A stretch of 64,000 bases of DNA from Patescibacteria group bacterium (lineage in GTDB: Bacteria; Patescibacteriota; WWE3; UBA101185; UBA10185). Below, piece by piece: positions 48,274 to 56,326 of the stretch. Made by a program: the position numbers and the translations under genes. Every line of letters starts with the position of its first letter. The first letter of the stretch is position 1. The notes under the pieces were generated by a model that was not told where the DNA came from, searched no databases, and saw only the letters and a program-made list of their open reading frames with translations. Where the stretch lies: assembly GCA_049322215.1 (NCBI GenBank), contig JBMORU010000001.1, positions 772,023 to 836,022 on the forward strand, given 5' to 3'.

Positions 48274-49041
48274 ATGTACAGCTTTAATTCTTTGCAAGTA
48301 GATTTAAAAAATGAAGTAAGTAAAATTAATGGTCAGGTAGCATTAAAGGTTAAATTTCTCAATAGTGATGAAACGTTTGAATATAATGCATACGCGCAAG
48401 TTTGGGCGGCAAGTGTTATTAAAATTCCTTTGGTTTGCACAGTTTACAAACAAATAAACGAAAAGCAAATATATGACCAAGAACGCCATATTATAAAGCA
48501 AGAAAACAGAGTAGATGGGTCAGGAATTGCAAAATTGTTTTCTACAAGTACCGAATTTACTATACATGACTTAATTGTGATGACACTAACCATATCTGAT
48601 AATTCTGCTACCAACGAATTAATAGATATAGTAGGGGTTGGCGCGACAGAAACTTACATGCATAAGTTAGGTCTAGTTAATACAACTTTAAGACATAAAA
48701 TGATGGTTAAGGCAGGAAAAGGTCCAAACTTAACAACTGCAACAGACATTACGACATTGCTTGAGAAGCTTTATAAAAAAGTAATTCCAGGTAAAGATGA
48801 AGTATTAAATTTTATGAAACATACCCGTTTACGAGACAGATTGCCAAGAAAAATTCCTAACACGGTTGAAGTTGCAAATAAGCCAGGATCTTTACCTGAA
48901 GCAATGCATGATGTAGGCGTAGTTTTTTCAGCAAATCCTTTTATATTTTCATTTTTATCGGATGATCAAAAAGACAAAGAAATTACAAGAGAAGTTATTT
49001 CTAACTGTGCGAAAAGTTGTTTTGATTACTCAAACCAATAA
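48274..49041 (+). CDS. class A beta-lactamase-like serine hydrolase
   Basis: AASVIK (SxxK), SDN, KPG. Confidence 0.85.
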   Translation: MYSFNSLQVDLKNEVSKINGQVALKVKFLNSDETFEYNAYAQVWAASVIKIPLVCTVYKQINEKQIYDQERHIIKQENRVDGSGIAKLFSTSTEFTIHDLIVMTLTISDNSATNELIDIVGVGATETYMHKLGLVNTTLRHKMMVKAGKGPNLTTATDITTLLEKLYKKVIPGKDEVLNFMKHTRLRDRLPRKIPNTVEVANKPGSLPEAMHDVGVVFSANPFIFSFLSDDQKDKEITREVISNCAKSCFDYSNQ

Positions 49042-49051
49042 AATATATTTA

Positions 49052-49260
49052 TTGACATGACATATCAAATTTGCTATAAGTTTACTGTATAGAAATATGC
49101 AATGACAAAAACGCCTTGACTCTGTTGGAGCAATGCTTAGATGGTCAACTTAGGTTGCTAAGCTAGCTGTGATGATGGGGTACTTACAACCGGCCAGTCA
49201 ACCGGTTGGCGTAAAATTAATGTTATACCGGTTTTGTAGCCGGATTTTTTTTGCATATTT
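49052..49260 (+). promoter_or_regulatory. promoter plus structured 5' leader with intrinsic terminator (attenuator candidate)
   Basis: TTGACA-17-TATAAG; terminator ccggtt-ttgt-agccgg-a-T8 (49228-49252); competing helices. Confidence 0.55.
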
Positions 49261-49305
49261 TTATGCAACTTGAAAACTAAACCTAATCACAAATATGGAG
49301 GTAAT

Positions 49306-49596
49306 ATGTTGAAAAAACTTGAAGCCGTAAGAATGCAACGTAAAAAAGCTGTGTTTTGGACTATTGTTACAACTACCTTATACTTTCTGTTTCGCTTTGT
49401 TCACGACTCACAAACGGTTATTGACAAAGCACAAGCGGCAGTATCGCAAGTACAAAACAGCAATGAAGCTTTTGTTCAAGCTCAGCAAGTAATGCAAGAC
49501 CCATTATTGATAATTGTAACTGCTGTGTATGCAGTAGTTTTGATCGCATTGTGGTTACCAATTTTGGTGCATGCAATTGACCAACTAGACATTTAA
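49306..49596 (+). CDS. 2-TM membrane protein
   Basis: GGAGG SD before ATG 49306; two TMs. Confidence 0.75.
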   Translation: MLKKLEAVRMQRKKAVFWTIVTTTLYFLFRFVHDSQTVIDKAQAAVSQVQNSNEAFVQAQQVMQDPLLIIVTAVYAVVLIALWLPILVHAIDQLDI

Positions 49597-49627
49597 CAAA
49601 AACAAAAAATAGGAGATAACACAAAAA

Positions 49628-50776
49628 ATGAAAAAAAATAAAACATCAAAGCTATTCACGCTAGGTCTACTTCTACTGTTAGCAACTTTAATTGCAGCAT
49701 GCAGGCCCTACCCGGTAAAACAAATTATTGAAATCGAGCCGCATCAAACTGCGTTTGTGGTTCCGTTGGAAGGAGATTCAACCGAGCAAGCTCAGTTTCA
49801 AAGCGTTGCGTTTTTAAAGGAATCTCAGGTAGCCACCAAGCGCATTGTTGTTGACGTTGTAGAGCATAAAATTGGGCGCGGTTGGTGGAATATTGAGTGG
49901 ATTCCTGTTGCCCGGGTTATTGTTGTTGACCGAACTCCTGTTACCCGACAATGGACAGAAGAAGAAGGAACCGGTACGTCAAATTCTAATGAAGCATTTC
50001 AGGTAGAAACAGTAGAAACCATTGGGTTTGCTATTGGTGGTGTTGTATCGGCACTTGTAACAGAAGAAAATGCAGCTAACTTTTTGTACTACTACCACGG
50101 AAAGCCACTCTCTGAGGTGATGGACACTGTTATTCGCGGGTACCTTCAGGCAAATCTGTTTAGTAGGTTTGGTACACTAACTCTTGAAGAGGCTCGTAAT
50201 CAAAAGGCTGAAATATTTACAGCAGTTTGTGACGCGGCGGTGACCGAATTTAAAACGCAGGGAATTACCATTCAAGCCTGTGGTGGTAGTGACGGTATGA
50301 TTTACGAAGACCGTGAGGTGCAAATTGTTGTAAACCAAGCGATTGAAGCCCAACAACAAAGGATTATTGCAGAAGCAGAGGCTACCTCGCAGGCAATTGT
50401 CAACAATACCGACATTGGCATTGCAAACGCGCAAGCTACTGTTGAAGTTATTCAGGCAGAAGCTGAGGCTGACGCATTGCGCGTAGTTGGTGAAGTGTTG
50501 GAACAAAACCCCGAAATTATTGGGTATACCTATGCCGAAGCATACAATGGTACAGTACCAAACACTTTGGTAGTGACTACGTCAACCAATGGATCTAACT
50601 CGCCGTTTATGTTTTTAATTGACGGTGTAGCAGTAACTCCAGCACCATATGCAGCCGGAGGTACCATGGCAACAGCAACCCCAAATGCGCCGGCAACTGA
50701 AACGCCACAGCCCACACAAACACCAACGCCAATGACCATTCCTACGGTAACGGCAACCGCTGAATCAGGTGGGTAA
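49628..50776 (+). CDS. SPFH/prohibitin-like lipoprotein with Pro/Thr-rich tail
   Basis: Lipobox IAAC, AEAEA coiled coil, band-7-like core; AGGAG SD; terminator 50815-50856. Confidence 0.7.
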   Translation: MKKNKTSKLFTLGLLLLLATLIAACRPYPVKQIIEIEPHQTAFVVPLEGDSTEQAQFQSVAFLKESQVATKRIVVDVVEHKIGRGWWNIEWIPVARVIVVDRTPVTRQWTEEEGTGTSNSNEAFQVETVETIGFAIGGVVSALVTEENAANFLYYYHGKPLSEVMDTVIRGYLQANLFSRFGTLTLEEARNQKAEIFTAVCDAAVTEFKTQGITIQACGGSDGMIYEDREVQIVVNQAIEAQQQRIIAEAEATSQAIVNNTDIGIANAQATVEVIQAEAEADALRVVGEVLEQNPEIIGYTYAEAYNGTVPNTLVVTTSTNGSNSPFMFLIDGVAVTPAPYAAGGTMATATPNAPATETPQPTQTPTPMTIPTVTATAESGG

Positions 50777-50892
50777 TAAAACAAACAAAGATTAGGTTAG
50801 TTAATTAGTTAACTGGGTGTGCAAATTTCTTATGAAATCTGTACACCCTTTTTTTTCGGATTTTTTATAAACCTAAATGCTATACTTTTTTT

Positions 50893-51312
50893 ATGGCTAA
50901 AGCTGAAAACTGTGTAATTTGCTGTATAGATTTTAGATTTCAAGAAAAAACATACAATTGGTTATCCCAAAAACACATGTTAGGAAATACTGATGTAATA
51001 AGCATAGCTGGAACCATTAGAGATTTAGTGTTACCAATTGCAGAAAACGATAGAGAAGCACTAATTAAAGAAATTGATATATCAATTAATTTGCACAATC
51101 CTAACAATATATTTGTACTCGACCACCAAGATTGCGGAGGTTATGCACAAGACGACACAATCCCCACAGGCTTAACTTTTAAACAAGATATAGAACAGCA
51201 TAAAAAATTTGCAGTAGAAGGTAAAAAAATATTACAACAACGCTATCCTGACAAAAATATTGAATTTTATTACGAGCCTTTAAATGGAGAAATTATAAAA
51301 CTGGATTTGTAG
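50893..51312 (+). CDS. beta-class carbonic anhydrase-like protein
   Basis: CIDFR and HQDCGGY zinc ligands. Confidence 0.8.
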   Translation: MAKAENCVICCIDFRFQEKTYNWLSQKHMLGNTDVISIAGTIRDLVLPIAENDREALIKEIDISINLHNPNNIFVLDHQDCGGYAQDDTIPTGLTFKQDIEQHKKFAVEGKKILQQRYPDKNIEFYYEPLNGEIIKLDL

Positions 51313-52258
51313 GTTGCTGCAACAATTTTTTTGCTTGTGTAATAGATTTTGTTTCCATTAACTTATCTTTTAGTTCTTTACTGCCATCAAAATCTTTTAT
51401 GTAAATTTTGAAGTACTTTTTCATTACATTGTAGTTTCTATTTTTGTAAAGTTCTGCGTATAAGTCTAAATGCTTAACTAAAAGATTTTTCAAAATATTT
51501 AGCTTGTCACCAGGTGCTACATTACTTTCTCTTGCAAACGCCCACATATCTAAAAATATACCTCTACCAATCATTACTCCGTCAGTTTTATACTTTTTAC
51601 AGTATTCCTCTGCCTGTGTTCTATTTAAAACGTCTCCGTTTCCTAAAATTACAGTTTCTTTTTTCATTGAGTTGCGTAATTCAACTGCTTTTTTAATTTC
51701 GCCCCAGTTTGCCAAAACTTTAGACATGTCTTTTACAGTTCTACCGTGAATAGTTAGCGCATTTAAATTATGCTCAAGTAAAAACCCTATCCAATCTTTT
51801 GTTTGATATTCATTAATACCTAAACGTGTTTTCACACTAACAGGCATATTTTTTGCACCTTCTTTAGTTGCTGAAATTATTTCGTGTGCCAATGTTCTGT
51901 CATTAATTAATCCTGCACATAAGCCTAATTTCATAACACTTTTTTGAGGACAACCCATATTTAAATCAACACCGGCAAAACCCATTTCATTTAGCTCGGC
52001 TGCAGCTTTTTCAAAGTTTTCAGGCTTAGTTCCCCAAACCTGAGCTATAACAGGGCTTTGTTTAGCACTGAATTTGAGTTTTTTAAGCACAACTTCACGC
52101 CCTTTTGAATAAAGAGCTTCTACGTTAACAAACTCTGTAAAAAGCACATCTGGTTTTGCTGTTTCGCAAACAATTTCTCTAAAAGCGAAATCTGTTACGT
52201 CGTACATAGGTGCTAATACAACTATTGGTTTTTTTAATTCTGACCATACATTTTTCAT
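51293..52258 (-). CDS. dus: tRNA-dihydrouridine synthase
   Basis: LAPM..VTD..FR, DLNMGCP, SVKTRLG, IHGRT, GNGD, GVMIGRG. Confidence 0.93.
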   Translation of the reverse strand: MKNVWSELKKPIVVLAPMYDVTDFAFREIVCETAKPDVLFTEFVNVEALYSKGREVVLKKLKFSAKQSPVIAQVWGTKPENFEKAAAELNEMGFAGVDLNMGCPQKSVMKLGLCAGLINDRTLAHEIISATKEGAKNMPVSVKTRLGINEYQTKDWIGFLLEHNLNALTIHGRTVKDMSKVLANWGEIKKAVELRNSMKKETVILGNGDVLNRTQAEEYCKKYKTDGVMIGRGIFLDMWAFARESNVAPGDKLNILKNLLVKHLDLYAELYKNRNYNVMKKYFKIYIKDFDGSKELKDKLMETKSITQAKKLLQQPTNPVL

Positions 52259-52403
52259 GTCAAGCTATCATAACAATGTATTTTGAAATTTGTAAGACCT
52301 CTAGCAAAACAGCTTGTTGGTGATATGAAAAAATCTAGTAGAATGAAGAGGAACGAACCCAAAGGCGACTGAAAAGTCGCCTTCTTTAACGTATAATAAC
52401 CCA

Positions 52404-53027
52404 ATGTTTAGAGGATCTAAAACCCTAATTGCAATTACCACCCTTTTTGCTTTTATAGTAGTTTATGTGTTAACTTACTTTCCTTTTTTGTTTACTCCAG
52501 AAAATTTAGTTACTTTTTTAGTTTTGCTATTTGTTGTAACAATTTTTTCTATTTGGTTTAGTTTTTTCTTTCACAAAAAAATTATTAAGGGAGCGCCTTA
52601 TTTACCAAGTACAGATAAATGTATAGAAAACATGCTGTCGGTACTAAACCTAAACAAAAACATGATTGGTGCAGATTTAGGCTTTGGTGATGGTAGGGTA
52701 CTAAGTTTAGTATCTTCAAGAGTAAAAAATTTAGATGGTTACGAAATTAATCCTTTATTGTTTGTTATTGCAAAGTTTAAGCTTTTTATTGCAGACAAAA
52801 AAAATGTTAGTTTGTTTTTAAAAAGTTACTGGAGTGTTGATTTATCAAAATACGATTTTATTATTGTTTTTGGAATTCCACACATTATGGGTGATTTAGA
52901 AGAAAAACTAAAAAAAGAAGCAAAACCTAACTTGCAGGTTGTTTCAAACAGATTCGAATTTCCAAATACCAAAGAAGTAAAAAAAGTAGAGGACATTTAT
53001 TACTACGTTTTTAATTCGCAACATTAA
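52404..53027 (+). CDS. membrane-anchored SAM-dependent methyltransferase
   Basis: 2 TMs, GAPYLPS, DLGFGDGR, GYEINP, VVSN.F. Confidence 0.8.
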   Translation: MFRGSKTLIAITTLFAFIVVYVLTYFPFLFTPENLVTFLVLLFVVTIFSIWFSFFFHKKIIKGAPYLPSTDKCIENMLSVLNLNKNMIGADLGFGDGRVLSLVSSRVKNLDGYEINPLLFVIAKFKLFIADKKNVSLFLKSYWSVDLSKYDFIIVFGIPHIMGDLEEKLKKEAKPNLQVVSNRFEFPNTKEVKKVEDIYYYVFNSQH

Positions 53028-53031
53028 CATA

Positions 53032-53958
53032 CTAAAGCATAAATGCTTTAATAAATTTACCGGTTTCTTCAGAAACTTCTACAAAATCTTCGTAAGTAGT
53101 GCCACTAGACATTACGCATACTAATACAATTTTTTCGTTTAAAACTATTCCACAGTCGTGCCAACTGCCTTCATTACCCCAGTTGCCTATTTTGTGACTA
53201 AAAGTAACGTCTTCACCTAAACCTACATTTATTCTGTCGTCAAACGAGGTTTGAGAAAGCATATTTATAATTAAGTTAGAATTTTCAGCAGCCAAATATG
53301 AATAAGTGGCTAACTTTTCTAAAAGTTCTATCATTTCACTGGGTGTTATATTAAGCGTGTTAGGAAAACGTGTTACAGAAGCATATGGAAAGTAATTGCC
53401 CACAGGCATTGATATTGAACGAGTAAGCATGTTTTGCGCGGTATTATCAGATTCTTTTAGTAATTTTTCTAAGGTTTGCTTAACAGTTAGCTTTGACCCT
53501 GTTTTGTAACCCTGCAAAGACCCAGAACCCGACTCTTTGTCAAATAGTGTTAGTGTAAGCTCATTTTCTAAAGATATTTTGTTTGCCTCTACATCACGCA
53601 GTACTGCAATTGCAACCGGTACCTTATACAATGAGGCGCTGTAATAGTTTGTATCTTTGTTTAAAGTTTTTTCTACCCCTGTTTTTAGATCTTTAATATA
53701 TATTGAGTAAGTACCAGGTTTTGAATTAGCAAAGTCTTGCAAAATACTAAATTGGTAATCAACTTGAGAGTTAAATTTATAATCTAGGCCAAGTTGTATG
53801 TTTAAAGGCAAATCAATAGATGAAGATGCAAGAGACGTTGTAGCTTTTGCGATATTTGTAGATTTAGAATCAAGATCGGCAAGCACAAAAGTGCCAATAA
53901 TTAACATGCCTAGTAGTATTCCCGCCAATGTTGGATATGCTTTTTCCTTCATAAACAT
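53032..53958 (-). CDS. membrane-anchored class A beta-lactamase-like serine hydrolase
   Basis: SASLYK, SDNTA, HKIG, WHDCG. Confidence 0.85.
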   Translation of the reverse strand: MFMKEKAYPTLAGILLGMLIIGTFVLADLDSKSTNIAKATTSLASSSIDLPLNIQLGLDYKFNSQVDYQFSILQDFANSKPGTYSIYIKDLKTGVEKTLNKDTNYYSASLYKVPVAIAVLRDVEANKISLENELTLTLFDKESGSGSLQGYKTGSKLTVKQTLEKLLKESDNTAQNMLTRSISMPVGNYFPYASVTRFPNTLNITPSEMIELLEKLATYSYLAAENSNLIINMLSQTSFDDRINVGLGEDVTFSHKIGNWGNEGSWHDCGIVLNEKIVLVCVMSSGTTYEDFVEVSEETGKFIKAFML

Positions 53959-54016
53959 AATATTTCAAATTCTATTGTAATTAACAACCTTTTCTTGGTA
54001 AAATGCTCATACTAAT

Positions 54017-54093
54017 GGGTCCTTAGCTCAGCTGGTTAGAGCATCCGGCTTACATCCGGAAGGTCCGGGGTTCGAATCCCTGAGGGCCCACCA
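54017..54093 (+). tRNA. tRNA-Val(UAC)
   Basis: tccgg-ct-TAC-at-ccgga, GGTTCGAATCC, CCA. Confidence 0.93.
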
Positions 54094-54115
54094 CTAATAA
54101 TTAACTTTTTAAATT

Positions 54116-54829
54116 TCAATTGGCAGAAAAGGTAAATCTTTCAAAAAATAAGTTTTCAGCAGATAAACCCTGCTTTATTAAACTTTCGGTTATTTCAGTA
54201 ATCATTTTTGGGTTACCACATAAATAAACATCAGTTTTTTTAGTGTCAGGTATTTGTACGTGCTGTGTAACTCTACCAGAAACACTTTTTGGTAAACGCC
54301 CATTTTTTGATATACATATTTGATAATCAAAGTTAGGAATATTATTTACGCATTCGTTTAGGTAATCTAAATATAAAGCTTCATCGGCATTTCTTATTCC
54401 AAAGTATAAAAATACATTTGCGTTTGGTTTTTGGTGTTCTAGCGCATGAAACATTGAAATAAAAGGAGCAATGCCTGTTCCGGTGGCTATAAAAACCAAA
54501 TTTTTATTAAAAGGTTCTACAAGTAAAAACCTGCCCGAGGGGCCAATAAAAGTAACTTCATCACTAAGTTTTAAACTACGTGCATAATTTGATCCTAAAC
54601 CTTCGTGTGCAATGTCTATTGCTAGTTTAATGGTGCGATGTTCGTGAGGGTTTGATGCAATTGAATACGACCTGTACTTTGAATCATTTACCTTTAAGTT
54701 AACAAACTGGCCTGGAATAAAAGCAATTTCCCACGGTTGTACCAAAGCTAAAACTAATTCTATAGTTTTTGGACTAAGTTGTATTTTATCTTTTACTTGT
54801 GCCTTAAATAACTGAGGCTTTATAAACAT
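54116..54829 (-). CDS. ferredoxin-NADP reductase-like FAD/NAD-binding oxidoreductase
   Basis: PGQF, RSYSIAS, G.GS, ATGTGIAPF, YLCG.P.M, FERF. Confidence 0.88.
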   Translation of the reverse strand: MFIKPQLFKAQVKDKIQLSPKTIELVLALVQPWEIAFIPGQFVNLKVNDSKYRSYSIASNPHEHRTIKLAIDIAHEGLGSNYARSLKLSDEVTFIGPSGRFLLVEPFNKNLVFIATGTGIAPFISMFHALEHQKPNANVFLYFGIRNADEALYLDYLNECVNNIPNFDYQICISKNGRLPKSVSGRVTQHVQIPDTKKTDVYLCGNPKMITEITESLIKQGLSAENLFFERFTFSAN

Positions 54830-55005
54830 GAGCAAATTGTATTGGGTTATTGTGGTTTAGGCAAATGTGTATAATTTGTTACTATAGTTTTTAAATTGTT
54901 TAGGTTTTATAGTTGTATTTGTTGCAAGTGTAATAAATACTAAGCTCAACAAAAAACAACTAAACTGATATAATGCATTGGCTTACATTTGTAAGCTGGT
55001 TTTAA

Positions 55006-55079
55006 TGGGGGATGGTGTAAGGGTAGCACACTGGGTTTTGGTCCCAGGAATTGGGGTTCGAATCCCTGTCCCCCAGCCA
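55006..55079 (+). tRNA. tRNA-Gln(UUG)
   Basis: TGGGGGA/TCCCCCA acceptor, ctggg-tt-TTG-gt-cccag, CCA. Confidence 0.92.
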
Positions 55080-55174
55080 AAAGGAGCACCCCTAGTGACC
55101 CACTTCTCTCGATTATCCTTTAAGGGCTTGATAAATTCCTAGTTAAAATTCAATAGATTCGAACTAAAGCAAAA

Positions 55175-55558
55175 CTAGAGCTCTAAAACTTCATATTCTC
55201 TATATCCGCGTTGTATTATGGCTTTATCTTTACCTAACTCAATACTCTTTTTTAACAAATACAGCGTATTATCTAATTCTTCTTTACATGTAACATTGGC
55301 AGTATCAAAATTTACACGGTCTTCAGTGTTATAGAAGTAATAAACTTCTCCAGTAGAATTCTCATCAATACATTTTTTATAATCAATATAGGCACCATCG
55401 AGGTGTTCATAAAAAACAGACCAATCTTTAGCAGTGAAACTTTTGTAGTTTGAGTAATACTTACCTGAATAAAATGAACCCAATCCTGTAATAAGTAATA
55501 AAATGGCAAATAGAATAATAGTTTGTTTATTTAGCTTTAATTCCTTTTCGAAAGTCAC
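55175..55558 (-). CDS. hypothetical membrane-anchored protein
   Basis: GTG start, one TM, 127 aa. Confidence 0.6.
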   Translation of the reverse strand: MTFEKELKLNKQTIILFAILLLITGLGSFYSGKYYSNYKSFTAKDWSVFYEHLDGAYIDYKKCIDENSTGEVYYFYNTEDRVNFDTANVTCKEELDNTLYLLKKSIELGKDKAIIQRGYREYEVLEL

Positions 55559-55610
55559 TAGCTAACATGTTACATTAAATATGCGAAATGTTTATGGGTA
55601 TATTAAACGT

Positions 55611-56027
55611 ATGAACAAAAAAATTTTAAACAAGCTAATCATTGGAATAGTAATTACACTGCTAGTTTTACACACATTAAATGTAGATCTTGTAGTTATT
55701 GATACTACAAGTATATGGTTACTTATAATACTTATTTTCACATTAGTGTTAGATAGAGTTAAAACGATAAATTATAAAGAGCTTGGTATTGAGTTTTTTG
55801 AAGCAAAAGAGGAATTAAACAAACGCAGCGAAAAACTTACAGCAGACATTGAAAATAAAGACTTAAAAATGGATAAAGAAAAAAGAATACAAGAGGAAAT
55901 TGACTTTGCATTTAAAACAGGGCTCAGAATAGGAGGTTATTTTGAAGGCAAACCAATTTATGATATTAGTAACTTTACAAAATACAAAGCTGCCGATAGG
56001 GAAACCGTGCAGTGGGATGAATCATAA
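55611..56027 (+). CDS. 2-TM protein with cytoplasmic coiled-coil tail
   Basis: ATG 6 nt after TATATT; two TMs then charged helix. Confidence 0.7.
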   Translation: MNKKILNKLIIGIVITLLVLHTLNVDLVVIDTTSIWLLIILIFTLVLDRVKTINYKELGIEFFEAKEELNKRSEKLTADIENKDLKMDKEKRIQEEIDFAFKTGLRIGGYFEGKPIYDISNFTKYKAADRETVQWDES

Positions 56028-56045
56028 AAAAACAACGTTGCAAAG

Positions 56046-56071
56046 AAAAAGCCACCCGAAGGTGGCTTTTT
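56046..56071. terminator. bidirectional intrinsic terminator
   Basis: AAAAA-gccacc-cgaa-ggtggc-TTTTT. Confidence 0.85.
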
Positions 56072-56106
56072 CAAGTACCCTGATGAGATAAATCTCATTA
56101 GGGTAT
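56046..56106 (-). ncRNA. candidate ~60 nt sRNA
   Basis: Minus-strand TTGACG-17-TATATT promoter, ~13 bp hairpin (taccctaatgaga/tctcatcagggta), then terminator; no ORF. Confidence 0.45.
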
Positions 56107-56128
56107 GAGTGAATATACATAAACTTTT

Positions 56129-56143
56129 AAAATACGTCAACTA
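56129..56143. repeat. 15 bp direct repeat, left copy
   Basis: aaaatacgtcaacta also at 62614-62628. Confidence 0.6.
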
Positions 56144-56326
56144 TTTTAGATGTCTTTAATAAAGGAAACTTGCTTTTTGTTTTTGGATCTAAGTATCTTG
56201 CCTAATAAATGGCGCTATGAAATGCTTCTAACATTTTGTTACAGTAACACACTATAAATGATTTAATGTGTCCTAATATGATGTAAAATACAACTATAGT
56301 ACTTATGCAAAAATGAGGATAAAAAT

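Noticed and set aside
49127-49153. Leader peptide MLRWST in the 49.1 kb leader
   Set aside because: GGAG is only 2 nt from the ATG and there is no regulatory codon run; not supportable.
48274-53958. Two beta-lactamase-like genes as resistance determinants
   Set aside because: SxxK/SDN/KxG motifs alone do not show beta-lactamase activity; more likely cell-wall serine hydrolases, and 48274 has no signal peptide.
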